Assembly: GCA_963719515.1 (NCBI GenBank)
Contig: CAVRCJ010000014.1
Span: 64,001-128,000 of the forward strand
DNA length: 64,000 bases
Reading direction: 5' to 3'
From: an uncultured cyanobacterium
GTDB lineage: Bacteria; Cyanobacteriota; Cyanobacteriia; CAKZMO01
The translations under genes were made by a program, and so were the position numbers. Of this stretch, positions 9,311 to 19,420 are shown piece by piece (position 1 is the first letter of the stretch; every line of letters starts with the position of its first letter). The notes beneath the pieces were generated by a model, which saw only the letters and a list, made by a program, of their open reading frames with translations, was not told the origin of the DNA and searched no databases.

Positions 9311-10415
9311 GGTCGCGGCAGATCGTTAAGCCGCATGACGGGCAACTATGGACCCGATCGGCCAGCGTCTTTGGTACCCGCTCACCACAACCCGAGCAAT
9401 CAATGCTGGTTCCGCGTGGGTTCTCAGCGATGGTCATCTTTCCAGCTTTCGCGGCTTTGAAAGAGCCTATCTCCAAGAATGTACCCCATGCGGCATCAGC
9501 GATTGACTTTGCCAGTCTGGTTCGAGCAAGTCCTTTGATGTTGAGCTTTTCATGAGCGACAACATCGTACTTTGAAAACAGCCAATCCCACACCTTAGAA
9601 AAGAAATCACGGCGCTGACGCGATATCTTTAGGTGTAGTTTGGCTATACGATTCACCTGCTTACGCCAGCGGTTAGAGCCCTTCTTCTGTCTCGATAGCT
9701 GCCGCTGCAGCTTGGATAGCTGCCGCTCTGAGCGTCGAAAGAACTGAGGGATAGGAACGCTCTCACCGTCACTGGTAACCAAGAAATCCTTCAGCCCAAC
9801 GTCAACACCGACAGACTTAGCCCTATCGACATCCGGAGTAAGCATCGGAACGGCATTGTTTTCCAGTAACAGGCTCACATACCAACCATCTGCTTTGCGA
9901 GTCACCTTGGCCGTTTTGACAGTAAACCCATCAGGTATCGGGCGATGAAGGATTAGCTTCACCTGGCCAATCTTAGGCAGGGTAATACGACTTCCATCGA
10001 TGCAGTCAGGTTTCATCTGCGGGAACGTGAACGTCCTGTAGCGCCCCGCGCCTTTGAACCGAGGCTTGCCGCTACGCTTACCGTTTTTATCACCTTTGAT
10101 GAAACGCTCGAACGTCTGCTTTACCTGCTTCGTCACCTCCTGAAGCGCTTGTGAGTGCAAATCTTTGTACCAGGGTCGCTCTCGCTTGAGAGGTACTAGG
10201 CTAGCCTTCTGGCTGTAGTAATTAGGATTATCTTTGAGTGGCGCAAGGCTACAGGTGAGTGGGCAGGCGTTGACCGAACAGCGGTTCATCTCCCACCAGT
10301 CGAAGCGCTCAGCCAGCAACCAGTTGTACTGTGCCCGAAGCATGTCTAGCCATCGGGTCATGGTAACCGTTTGCTCAGCCGCTGGACGCAACTTGTACTG
10401 ATAAGTGACTTTCAT
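9219..10415 (-). CDS. tnpB: RNA-guided endonuclease TnpB
   Basis: MKVTYQYKLRP N-terminus, GKPRFK, RuvC GVDVG / HEKLN / RDHNAA, zinc ribbon CSGC..CPSC; start ATG 10415. Confidence 0.95.
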   Translation of the reverse strand: MKVTYQYKLRPAAEQTVTMTRWLDMLRAQYNWLLAERFDWWEMNRCSVNACPLTCSLAPLKDNPNYYSQKASLVPLKRERPWYKDLHSQALQEVTKQVKQTFERFIKGDKNGKRSGKPRFKGAGRYRTFTFPQMKPDCIDGSRITLPKIGQVKLILHRPIPDGFTVKTAKVTRKADGWYVSLLLENNAVPMLTPDVDRAKSVGVDVGLKDFLVTSDGESVPIPQFFRRSERQLSKLQRQLSRQKKGSNRWRKQVNRIAKLHLKISRQRRDFFSKVWDWLFSKYDVVAHEKLNIKGLARTRLAKSIADAAWGTFLEIGSFKAAKAGKMTIAENPRGTSIDCSGCGERVPKTLADRVHSCPSCGLTICRDHNAAINLLNRAVGHQALNLSGNVSAVAGSH

Positions 10416-10448
10416 GCAATAATGATAGCATATTGACATCAGAACGAC

Positions 10449-10631
10449 ATGCAGCAAATAACTATTAGAGCCGCTGACAGAGAAAAGCAGCATCTTGACA
10501 AGTATTGTGAGATGACCGAAAGAACTATCAACGATGTCCTTAGGGAGTACATCCGAAGTTTGGCCGTCTCCGGGGCATTGAGCCCCATCGACGACCGCGA
10601 CTCTCATCCCGACGCTCACCCTGACGGGTAG
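10449..10631 (+). CDS. CopG/ribbon-helix-helix DNA-binding protein inside the IS
   Basis: MQQITIR beta strand followed by helices (EKQHLDKYC; TINDVLREYIRSL). Confidence 0.75.
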   Translation: MQQITIRAADREKQHLDKYCEMTERTINDVLREYIRSLAVSGALSPIDDRDSHPDAHPDG

Positions 10632-10655
10632 AGCGCGGGGCTTCCTGTCTAGTAG

Positions 10656-10859
10656 CTAAAATGCACCGAATACGCTTTGCCAAAAGCCAACAAGCTGCCG
10701 CCAAAGATCCTGCGGGCCAATGCCAAACAGAAGCTGCAGGGCTAGGGCAATGAGGGCGATAGTAATGGCCGTGCTGACCGTGGCGCGAACAACCCGAATC
10801 AGCCAGGTGAAGATGAAAAAGGAAATAACGAGCGCTGCGATGAGCAAAATTGGAGACAT
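10656..10859 (-). CDS. small membrane protein
   Basis: Two hydrophobic segments, FGIGPQDLW; stop codon abuts the IS left end. Confidence 0.75.
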   Translation of the reverse strand: MSPILLIAALVISFFIFTWLIRVVRATVSTAITIALIALALQLLFGIGPQDLWRQLVGFWQSVFGAF

Positions 10860-10986
10860 GGCCAAGCGGGCAAGATAAGGTGCCTAGATACAACGTTCAG
10901 GTCTCCACTATAAATCCTGGATAGAGTTTTGCAGTGGGTTGCCTGGGCCGCTCTATGATTTGTAGACCGTTCTCTCTGCGCGCTCA

Positions 10987-11868
10987 CTACGAATGAGGCG
11001 ATCGCGCTTCTAAGTGTTGAATAAGGGCCTGGAGCGCTTGGGTTTGCTGATGTCCCAGGGCTTCTAGCCGCTTCAGCCCCTCAATCAGCTGGCGATCGCC
11101 TTCCGCTAGCGGTGGGGCATTCCCCTGGGGGGCGGGGTCGCTGACGGGGTGTATCAAATCTAGGACGTCCGCGATGTTTGAGCCGCTTGCGACGCCAGCG
11201 CTTGAAGCGTCGGCGCTGTTTGCTAGCCCGTTACTCCCATCTTGCAAACCAGACCGTTCCTCAGCGTCTTGCAGCAGGTCGGCTGGGTGGTGCCGGTCTG
11301 CAGTCAGCGCCGATGAGCCGGAACGAGGCGGCCGCGATCGCCGGTACCAGGCTGCAAACTCAGCGGCCATCCACTGGCCCAGTTGCCCGAGCGCCATTAT
11401 CGCCAGCCGGACCAGATATAGAGGGATATTGAGCAAGATGATCCAGGCTCGCTGTGCGAGCTGGGCCATTGCCTGCAGGAGACCCCACACCAGCACCACC
11501 ACCAGCAGGGTCAGCCCGATAGTCACTATCGGATGCCTCAAGAGCCAAGACAGCAGCGGGTGGCCCTGTAGCCATAGCGCAGCGTCAGCGGCCATCGCCT
11601 GCCACAGCTCTTGGGCGATGCTGCTGGTCACCCCTTCTGCCTGCGCCACAGTATAGTCAAGGGACTCTATAGCTCGCTCTGTGGTAGCAGTAAGCGTTGT
11701 CGCTACGGCAGAAGAGACCCCATCAGCCATGTGGGCTACGTCCTGCCTGACGCCGTCAGCCACATGTCCCAGCCTCTGCTTGAGCTGTGATAGGGAGCCG
11801 TCAAAAGTAAAGCTGCCCAACCGTGGTGTGGCGATCGCAATTGCTATAGCTGCTAGGTCTAACCCCAT
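10987..11868 (-). CDS. hypothetical membrane protein
   Basis: 293-aa ORF with central TM segments (HPLLSWLLRHP). Confidence 0.7.
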   Translation of the reverse strand: MGLDLAAIAIAIATPRLGSFTFDGSLSQLKQRLGHVADGVRQDVAHMADGVSSAVATTLTATTERAIESLDYTVAQAEGVTSSIAQELWQAMAADAALWLQGHPLLSWLLRHPIVTIGLTLLVVVLVWGLLQAMAQLAQRAWIILLNIPLYLVRLAIMALGQLGQWMAAEFAAWYRRSRPPRSGSSALTADRHHPADLLQDAEERSGLQDGSNGLANSADASSAGVASGSNIADVLDLIHPVSDPAPQGNAPPLAEGDRQLIEGLKRLEALGHQQTQALQALIQHLEARSPHS

Positions 11869-11958
11869 ACCCTTACTGAGACTGTGGCTACAGCGGTCCT
11901 AGCCACAGCAAACTCTTAGCTACAATGCCCATGGTAGGGCAATCAGAATGGGTTTGGA

Positions 11959-12858
11959 TTAGAGCAGGTCAAGACTCATGCCCTCGCGAGCAATCTTCAC
12001 GTTAGAATACGCTGACCGCATCTCGGCTTCGACCTTGTCCAAAAAGTCATCCTCATGGGCCGGGTCGTGATGAAATATCAGGATCTGCTTCGCCCCGGCA
12101 CTCAGCGCCGCCTGAATGCAGGCATGCCACTGGGCAGAGGTGCGAGAGGTTTCAGACTGCCTGGGGTCAAAGTAGGCGTGATCGAGGTAGACCGCGTCAA
12201 TGATGAGCAAATCTGCGTCGTAGGCTAAATGCGCTAGATTCCTCTTTCGCTGAAGTATGTGGGCCGTGTCTGTGGCATAAACAACTGAGATTCCCTGCCA
12301 GTTAATCCGGTAGCCCAGGGCTCCGTTAATTTGGTTTAGGGGAAGCGTTTCTATAGAAATATCCTGTATGGGGATGGTAGTGCCGGGTTCAACGTTGTGA
12401 AAATGTAGCTCCGAGGACATTGTCCGCAGCGAGACCGGGAAATGGGGCAAGATCATCTGATCCATCAGGCGCTGCTTAATCGAGGCTCCCGTGAGGCCGG
12501 TGGCCCCGTAAATATGGAAGCAGTTCGAGTCGTGAAACGCGGGAATAAAGAAGGGAAATCCTTGAATTCTGTCCCAGTGCGTGTGGGTGAAAAGAATGTG
12601 GGCGTTGATGGCATCAGCGTGCTGCAGGTGCTTGCCCAACACCCTCAGCCCAGTCCCGCCGTCAAAGATAAGCTTTTCTCCAGCCACGTTCATCTCGACG
12701 CAGGCGGTATTGCCGCCGTAGCGAACCGTGTTGATTCCAGGCGTTGGTATGCTGCCTCGTACTCCCCAAAAGGTGACGGTGAACTCTTTAACCACAGTTT
12801 CAGATTGTCGGCCGCTGCTTGCCTGAAGACGGTTTACGATCGAGTCAGAACCTAACAT
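11959..12858 (-). CDS. MBL-fold metallo-hydrolase
   Basis: FWGVRGSIP, YGGNTACVE, THTHWDRIQG, HHDPAH. Confidence 0.9.
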   Translation of the reverse strand: MLGSDSIVNRLQASSGRQSETVVKEFTVTFWGVRGSIPTPGINTVRYGGNTACVEMNVAGEKLIFDGGTGLRVLGKHLQHADAINAHILFTHTHWDRIQGFPFFIPAFHDSNCFHIYGATGLTGASIKQRLMDQMILPHFPVSLRTMSSELHFHNVEPGTTIPIQDISIETLPLNQINGALGYRINWQGISVVYATDTAHILQRKRNLAHLAYDADLLIIDAVYLDHAYFDPRQSETSRTSAQWHACIQAALSAGAKQILIFHHDPAHEDDFLDKVEAEMRSAYSNVKIAREGMSLDLL

Positions 12859-13370
12859 GTGTATGTATGAGATAAAATCCGGCGAAAGCGCGTGAGCTAC
12901 AGGCCGAACCTTGACCTGAATGTCAAAGTCTCGACGACTCAAGCTCGATAAAGCGCGCGGCGAGCAGCTAAAAAGTTGCTTAGGCCAACGCAGACCTCGG
13001 GGAACGCCGCAGTCAATATCTCTGCGGCTATCTACAAAGCACTATTCCCCATTTCCCAGAAACACCTGCAGCGTCCGGGAATTTCCCTACTCTGCAGAGC
13101 TATATGCGCTAGTGCACCCCAGAATCAATACAGACGAATATTGAGCGCTATAGCTATCTAGAAGATAATAAAAAAAGTAGATGGCTTGCTTTTATTACAG
13201 CCAACGCCCCTTTAGATATTGTAAGCGATACGCAAAATCAGTGGCTAAGCTGCTATTAAAATAGAGAGGAGCCAGCGCAACTAAATAGTACGGTCGCTAT
13301 TTAAACCGCTATGCTCCCCGCCGCGATCCTCTTTTTAAGGAGAGGACTGAGCAGTCCTGGGCTCTTGTGG

Positions 13371-13883
13371 TTAGCCTTGATACGCTTTAACGCAGGCGTC
13401 TACGAGCTGACCGACCGCATCAACGTCTTTCCAACCCAAAATTTCGGTCACCTTTTTTTCCAGGGTTTTGTACGTGCCAAAAAACTCTGAAACTTCATCA
13501 AGGCGGTGAGCGGCCACGTCCTGTAAAGACTTCACGTGGCTATAGCGTGGGTCTTTGTCGGGGACGCACAGCAGCTTCTCATCGCGATCGCCGCCGTCTA
13601 TCATCTCTAGCATACCGATAGGACGCGCTGTGATCACGCAGCCGGGAAACGTCGGCTGGTCCATGATCACCAAGCCGTCTAGCGGATCGCCGTCGTCTGC
13701 CAGCGTATTGGGAATAAACCCATAGTCAAAGGGATACTGGACTGATGCGTAGAGCACGCGGTCTAGGGCGAGTGCTTCTAAGTCTTTGTCATACTCGTAT
13801 TTATTCTTGCTCCCTGCCGGAATTTCAATTAGAACATTGACAAGGCCGGGCTTAGGTTGCGGAGGAATACGCGATAAATCCAC
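13371..13883 (-). CDS. ppa: inorganic pyrophosphatase
   Basis: [24 protein letters not shown] signature; GTG 13883 start. Confidence 0.96.
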   Translation of the reverse strand: MDLSRIPPQPKPGLVNVLIEIPAGSKNKYEYDKDLEALALDRVLYASVQYPFDYGFIPNTLADDGDPLDGLVIMDQPTFPGCVITARPIGMLEMIDGGDRDEKLLCVPDKDPRYSHVKSLQDVAAHRLDEVSEFFGTYKTLEKKVTEILGWKDVDAVGQLVDACVKAYQG

Positions 13884-14076
13884 AATAATCTCCAAATGTC
13901 GTCGTGCTTCAAGGCTTTAGCCTCGATAGCATTGTAGGAGATGACGGCAGCGTCCTTGCAATCGTTTTTCGTCCCCTCATAAAAAGCTCACATAAGCATA
14001 GGGCCCAAGTGAATCCTACTGAGGGCCCTATGTCTGGGCGCTCCAAGTTAGAAGTTGCTGTGGCTGCTTACACCGC

Positions 14077-14250
14077 TCAATCGCTGAGCAGCGGATTGTA
14101 TAGAGGCTGCTCAGCTTCGCTGGTGAGGGAGGAAACCGTGATTGCGGCAAGCGGGGCGATGATGGTCACCAAGGCAATCATCACACCGATGGCGTTGACA
14201 AACCGTCGGTCCCATTGGGGAGGTTTATCGGACTGGTTGTAAGAGCTCAT
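14077..14250 (-). CDS. 57-aa single-TM small protein (below ORF-track cutoff)
   Basis: Hand translation MSSYNQSDKPPQWDRRFVNAIGVMIALVTIIAPLAAITVSSLTSEAEQPLYNPLLSD*. Confidence 0.65.
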   Translation of the reverse strand: MSSYNQSDKPPQWDRRFVNAIGVMIALVTIIAPLAAITVSSLTSEAEQPLYNPLLSD

Positions 14251-14325
14251 GTTAAAAATCGAGTGGAACGTAATGGCATGTAAATGGAGGTAAGACGCCT
14301 ATTTGTGTCTCGAGGCTACGTCTCG

Positions 14326-14775
14326 CTATACGTCACGGGCTGAAGAGCTGCCGGCATCGGGGGGACTAGACTCTAGAAGATGACGGATTGTGGTGAGTTC
14401 GCTCAGAATTTGCCGCAGCAGACTTTGGTTGACGGTCTGCTCAGAAACGTGGACGTCAATGGTGACCTGCTGAATCCCCAAAATATCTCTGGCAAATCGC
14501 TCCACCTCTGAGGGGTGAAACATAAGTGCATCGTCTTTATGCTTGCGCAGCTCCGGGTTCAGCCGCTTGCGGTCGAAGGGAGGATTGAGAGTGTCGGGGG
14601 TGGTGTTGGCATACCGATAGATAGATGCGCGCGATCGCCCTAGGGACTGCTGCACATCTTCCACGCTAAGACAGTCATAGTCCTCGGCGGTCAAGAGCGG
14701 CTCAACGTCCATTTCTGGAGCCGCCAAATCATGAGCGTCATGGGAATCGGCAGGTCTATCGAAGTCAGAGGTCAT
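14326..14775 (-). CDS. conserved cyanobacterial HTH protein (excisionase/resolvase-like)
   Basis: LSVEDVQQSLGRSRASIYRYANT HTH; FHPSEVERFARD. Confidence 0.8.
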   Translation of the reverse strand: MTSDFDRPADSHDAHDLAAPEMDVEPLLTAEDYDCLSVEDVQQSLGRSRASIYRYANTTPDTLNPPFDRKRLNPELRKHKDDALMFHPSEVERFARDILGIQQVTIDVHVSEQTVNQSLLRQILSELTTIRHLLESSPPDAGSSSARDV

Positions 14776-15222
14776 GCGTTGAAATTGTGGCAACGTTGTC
14801 GTCTGATGATTGCAAACGCACCGGCATCACCGCACCACGCCAGTAAGTGAGTCACCATTAAAGTAGAGGCCGCTGCCCTGGAAAACCACCCACTCCCGAA
14901 AGCATTTTCCGCCAGCTTCGATTTTGATCATCCCTACTTTATCTACTTACCCAAATTATACTCAATCTTGCTTGATCCTTAAGAAAATAGTGGTATCGAT
15001 GGCCCTAGGGTGCTCCAGTCTGCCTGCCTCGATCTCGAATGTCCCCACAATTTTTGGGGAGACCCACCCAGCAATGCACTCTGGGAATAGAACTATACTG
15101 AAACTGGACCTTTTGAGTTCGTTGGTTTTACAGCCCGTGTGCCGGTGGCCTTCTGGCTATCTGGGAACCGGTGCTCTGCAATTCCATGCAGAAAGCACTT
15201 CGCTGACTCTGGAAAGATAGGC

Positions 15223-15801
15223 ATGTCAGATACTTACGACGAAGCGGCGGTCCAACAGATACTAGCGCTGGCGCGCGCCCGGCAAGGCCAAAGTGGCCCC
15301 CTCAGGCGATCGCAGCTGATTGATGTTGCCAGAGAGCTCAACATCTCGCCCGCAAACTTTTTGGCAGCTGAGGAAGATTGGCTGGTGTGCCAGCAGGAGC
15401 AAGGCGCTCGCTTGGCGTTCGATCAACACCGTCGTCAGCAGCTGACGAAAGGGCTGCGTCGCTTTAGCTTGGGTGCTAGCCTGCTGCTGCTGTCTAACCT
15501 ACTAGCGACTCGCCAGCTGAGCTGGTCTCTATACATTGCGTTGGGCTGGTCTATCGTGCTCGCTGCCCGGGCGTGGCAAACGTATCGACCCTCCGACGAG
15601 CGCTACAACCGTGCGTTTCGGCGCTGGTGGCTGCGCCAGCAAATTGGCGAGTCCTTTAAGGCTATCTCTGAGCGGCTGCGCTTGACCGCTGACGATAGCG
15701 CGAGGAACGGCGAGAATAGCAACGGTAAGCCGAGCAGTGCCTTGTCCGACTTAGATCATCAGTCGGCTTCGAGGTCTCTCAGCGGTCGCGAGACCCAATA
15801 G
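15223..15801 (+). CDS. 2TM-domain protein
   Basis: MSDTYDEAAVQQILALA, QLIDVARELNI, two TM helices. Confidence 0.8.
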   Translation: MSDTYDEAAVQQILALARARQGQSGPLRRSQLIDVARELNISPANFLAAEEDWLVCQQEQGARLAFDQHRRQQLTKGLRRFSLGASLLLLSNLLATRQLSWSLYIALGWSIVLAARAWQTYRPSDERYNRAFRRWWLRQQIGESFKAISERLRLTADDSARNGENSNGKPSSALSDLDHQSASRSLSGRETQ

Positions 15802-15868
15802 CCGCGAAACCCAAGCTGCGACCAGTACCTCAAAGCCAACCAGTCGCCAGAGGCAACCTCCGCTCACT

Positions 15869-16894
15869 ATGCGCCGTTCAATCCGCTTGGCTCTGCTCTC
15901 ACTAGCGTTTTTCGGTTTTGCGCTCTTCGTTTACAGCCTGCTGGGGCCTTTTCCCCTGGCCACACAGAGGGAAAGACCTCAAGGCCTTGAGGAGTTGGCG
16001 ATCGCTCAATCCACTGCGCCAGAAGCGCTGGCAGACTACACCGCAAACGCGACAGCCCTACAATCGGCGCTTCAGCAGTTTACCGGGGAGCGATTTCGGC
16101 AGGCTGACCGAGAGCTTGTTAGGCGCAGCATCACTCAGCGCTTAGAGGCTTCCGGCTGGGTGGTGACGCCGCAGCCGTTCACAGCAGAAGGGTCTGGGCA
16201 GCAGGGGACCAACATAATTGCCACGCGGCCCAACGTGCCTCTAGAGGGCTCTTTAATACTGGGAACTCATTACGATACGGTACCGCGATCCCCCGGCGCG
16301 GATGATAATGCTACGGGGGTCGTTGCCGCTCTCGAGGCGGCCCGCGTCCTTGCCCCGCTGCTGAGGCCACAGAGCGGCCCAGAGAGGCGATCGCCCCGTC
16401 CCTTGGCGCTGGTTTTTTTTGATTTAGAAGAGGCCGGACTTCTGGGTAGTCGAGCCTTTGTCGGGGACCATTCCAACGTTGCGGGGGCCGTTATTTTAGA
16501 GATGCTGGGCTTCAGCTGCAACCAGCCTGGATGCCAGCGCTATCCCGGTGGGCTTCCCACCCCATCAGTCACCACAGGAACCTTTTTGGCGGCGATTGGC
16601 GATCGCGCCCATTCCCAGCTGTTGAGCGTGTTCGCCTCAGAGCAGCTGGGCCCCGAGGCGCTACCGGTGTTCACGCTAGCCGTTCCTACCGCGGGGCCGT
16701 TAGCCCCCGACCTGCTCAGAAGCGACCATCTGCCGTTTTGGCAAGCTGGGATCGGAGCCGTCTTGCTGACGGATACGGCTGAATTTCGCAATCCCCATTA
16801 CCATCTGCCCACGGACGAGGTGAGCACAATCAATATTGACTTCTATCGTCGGGTCGTGCAGCTCGTTGTAGAGCGGGTGTATCGACTGCTCTGA
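15869..16894 (+). CDS. M28 family peptidase
   Basis: THYDTV, PGADDNATG, FDLEEAGLLGS, RSDH, PHYH. Confidence 0.92.
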   Translation: MRRSIRLALLSLAFFGFALFVYSLLGPFPLATQRERPQGLEELAIAQSTAPEALADYTANATALQSALQQFTGERFRQADRELVRRSITQRLEASGWVVTPQPFTAEGSGQQGTNIIATRPNVPLEGSLILGTHYDTVPRSPGADDNATGVVAALEAARVLAPLLRPQSGPERRSPRPLALVFFDLEEAGLLGSRAFVGDHSNVAGAVILEMLGFSCNQPGCQRYPGGLPTPSVTTGTFLAAIGDRAHSQLLSVFASEQLGPEALPVFTLAVPTAGPLAPDLLRSDHLPFWQAGIGAVLLTDTAEFRNPHYHLPTDEVSTINIDFYRRVVQLVVERVYRLL

Positions 16895-16976
16895 CGGCTA
16901 GGATGAGGCAACCGTATATGAGACCTACAAGAGGCCGTATAATATCAGCACACTGTTGACGCGATTCTTTCACCCC

Positions 16977-17702
16977 ATGCTAAGGCTAAACTTCCCGACG
17001 CAAAGCAGTCGGTTCTTTCACCCGCTCCAGGCCTGTTGGGCAGCGGTCCTGACGATGGCCGTCTTTTGCTGGATGCCGCCTGCTTCTGCCACCAGCGTCT
17101 ATGAGATGCCGTCCCTCTCGCCAGATCAGCCAGTTTGGGTTGTCGATGCCGCTGACGTTGTCAGCCGCGTCAACGAAAATCGGCTGGGCCGCGACCTCAG
17201 TCAGCTTGCTGAGCAAACGGGTACGGAGGTTCGATTCGTCACTATTCGCCGCCTTGACTACGGCGATACGGTGGATGACTTTGCTGAGCAGCTGCTTGAT
17301 CGGTGGTTTCCGGCAGCAGCCGACAAGGCCAACCAGGCGCTTATTGTCCTAGATAGCGTCACCAACAATACGGCGATCGCCACCGGTACTGACGTGGCAG
17401 GGCTACTCCCACCGGACCTAGCGACCAGCGTCACCCAAGAGACGATGCAGGTGCCTCTAAGAAACGGAAATAAGTACAATCAGTCGCTGGTCAACGCTAG
17501 CGATCGCCTAGTGGCGGTGCTGTCTGGCAACCCTGATCCGGGCCCTCCTCAAGTTGAATCTGCTATCCAGGTGGAGGGCACTTTCACTGCTGCAGAAGAC
17601 ACAGACCGGGGTAACGCCACCATTCTGGTGGTAGGATTTTTGGCCGCCGCAACCATCATTCCTATGGCAACTTACTTCGCCTATCAGATTTTTCAGTCCT
17701 AA
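16977..17702 (+). CDS. psb32: photosystem II repair protein Psb32 (TPM domain)
   Basis: Signal peptide, TPM domain, VLSGNPDPGPP, C-terminal ATIIPMATYF. Confidence 0.88.
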   Translation: MLRLNFPTQSSRFFHPLQACWAAVLTMAVFCWMPPASATSVYEMPSLSPDQPVWVVDAADVVSRVNENRLGRDLSQLAEQTGTEVRFVTIRRLDYGDTVDDFAEQLLDRWFPAAADKANQALIVLDSVTNNTAIATGTDVAGLLPPDLATSVTQETMQVPLRNGNKYNQSLVNASDRLVAVLSGNPDPGPPQVESAIQVEGTFTAAEDTDRGNATILVVGFLAAATIIPMATYFAYQIFQS

Positions 17703-17780
17703 GGATGGTCTGAGGTGGGTACTGTAGAAATTATTCCCTGCAGGCCTCAGTAAGTCTGTCAGCCAGGTAGCTGGTACGTA

Positions 17781-17815
17781 TAGCATTGATCTCATGGGGT
17801 CAATGCTATTTTTTT
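17781..17815 (+). terminator. intrinsic terminator after psb32
   Basis: TAGCATTGATCTC/GGGTCAATGCTA stem followed by T7. Confidence 0.8.
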
Positions 17816-18056
17816 GTAACAATTCAGAAAACTGCGGATAGAATGGTGCTACGGCTGAAGAGGTAACTGTCCTCGGTGAGGGCGTTTTAGCCTCAACGTG
17901 CTCGCTTGCCGCTGGGTAGAGCCGCTTCGCTTGAAGCGCTAAACCCAAACAAGGGGTTCCACCAGTTCGAACTCGATTATCTTACAGAGACGCAGAATTA
18001 TCGGTCCATAGCAAAACACCCAAAGTAAACCCAACATAGCCGCAGGGAGGCGAATC

Positions 18057-18302
18057 ATGGTAGACGTTGCGAAATCTGAATTTCAGCTTGTCGAACTCGA
18101 TGAACAGACGTTTGTCAATACGTCGATTCCGATATCCCACCATGCGGCCCTGCGGGCCGGGTTTGCAGGCTACACCGCTAATCCCCGCTGGAGTGCGGCA
18201 AAGGTCCGAGCGTGGCAGCTGGGGCGGACGTGGCGCAAGGCGCTGTGTCAAGGGGATATGGTTGTTCGGGCGGACGATAAGGTTCTAGTTCCTGCCCGCT
18301 GA
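18057..18302 (+). CDS. conserved hypothetical protein
   Basis: GGGAGG RBS; GFAGYTANPRWSAAKVRAWQLG. Confidence 0.75.
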   Translation: MVDVAKSEFQLVELDEQTFVNTSIPISHHAALRAGFAGYTANPRWSAAKVRAWQLGRTWRKALCQGDMVVRADDKVLVPAR

Positions 18303-18395
18303 AGCCAGAACTACTTCCCTAGAAAGACGATAGACGAGCATTTCATCACATACGCTAAAGAGTGATGACGAGAAAAGCTATACGCAGTGAGCCCT

Positions 18396-18737
18396 ATGAG
18401 TAATTCCGAAGAAGCTATCAATCAGCCTACAAAACCAGAAGACGTCTCCCCTGAGCAGTATGAGGCTCAGCAAAAAGCGCTAGAGCAAAATCCCAACGCT
18501 GTCCTCAACCCAGGCGATCGCGTCGATGGGTCTAAGTCTTTAGAGGATAAGTCACAGCAGGTTGCCGTCAACGCACCTGACGTGACCGGAGACCATATTG
18601 TTGTGCCAACCTACTTCGTCGTTGAAGGAGAAGAGGGGGACAAAGAGGCTCTCCACCACGTCAAAGACGCTGAGGAGATCTCCGACGTCATTCGCCAGGC
18701 CCGCACCGATGATGAGGGCAATCGTAACTGGCGGTAG
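18396..18737 (+). CDS. acidic hypothetical protein
   Basis: PDVTGDHIVVPTYF..ALHHVKDAEEISDVIRQAR. Confidence 0.75.
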   Translation: MSNSEEAINQPTKPEDVSPEQYEAQQKALEQNPNAVLNPGDRVDGSKSLEDKSQQVAVNAPDVTGDHIVVPTYFVVEGEEGDKEALHHVKDAEEISDVIRQARTDDEGNRNWR

Positions 18738-18806
18738 GCTTGGGTTTCCTTGAATTCCCAAAGCCAAGGCGTTCGAGATAAGCTAAACGCACAATTGTGC
18801 TAAAAG

Positions 18807-18835
18807 GGAGCGCTGCAGATGGTCTGCAGCGCTCC
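18807..18835. terminator. hairpin between convergent genes
   Basis: Perfect 13-bp stem GGAGCGCTGCAGA/TCTGCAGCGCTCC; T-tract on the minus strand. Confidence 0.7.
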
Positions 18836-18949
18836 GCTAAGTAGGATTTGCGCGGCTGCGTTGCCCTCTTCTCAGCTCTCGAAGACTTTGAGCCTTGAGG
18901 TTCTCAAGCTTGAGAAAGTTGGGCAGCGCGCCTTGCTAAATGGATAGAC

Positions 18950-19285
18950 TTACGAGTTGGGCTCGGCCTTCACGGCAGTTGCCCCGTCAACGCCCTTAGC
19001 AATGCTCTTAGCCTGCTCCAAAGAGGCTTCGGCATCAGGGTTGTACTTGAGCACGACGGTGCTGCCCGACTGAGCAACCCAAAGGCCAATGTTGTCTGCA
19101 ATACCGGCGTTGTCGAGGGCCTGAGCTACGCGCTTGGCCAGGCCGCTGTCGTCAAACTCACCGTCTAGACCGACCTTCTCAGCCGGAATGGACTTCTCGG
19201 TCGCTCTTTTCTTGACGTCAACCTTGGGCGTCTTTGCCGCCTTCTCTTCTTCTTTCTTGCCGAATAGTTTGCCTAAAAATCCCAT
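18950..19285 (-). CDS. BON-like phospholipid-binding protein
   Basis: GLDGEFDDSGLAKRVA..WVAQSGSTVVLK..VDGATAV. Confidence 0.75.
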   Translation of the reverse strand: MGFLGKLFGKKEEEKAAKTPKVDVKKRATEKSIPAEKVGLDGEFDDSGLAKRVAQALDNAGIADNIGLWVAQSGSTVVLKYNPDAEASLEQAKSIAKGVDGATAVKAEPNS

Positions 19286-19420
19286 AGTTTCCTCACGATA
19301 ACTTCTCTTGGGGTCACGAAACAGACTATAGGCGATCGCCGTCTCTAACCACCTACCTGCAGAGAGACTTATCCCCTATCTATATCGCTGTAGGATGATT
19401 GGCCAACGGCGATCGCAAAA

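Larger units (their letters stand above)
9173..10655 (-). mobile_element. IS200/IS605-family element (IS1341-like, no tnpA) carrying tnpB and an RHH gene
   Basis: Subterminal hairpins at both ends share the core CCCGACGCT..AGCGCGGG(G)CTTCCT; right end finishes GGAGGATGTCAC; boundaries defined by comparison with the second copy at 40850-41241. Confidence 0.9.

Noticed and set aside
10416..10619. 68-aa N-terminal extension of TnpB in the ORF track
   Set aside because: It is antisense to the RHH gene; the typical TnpB N-terminus and a promoter sit at ATG 10415.
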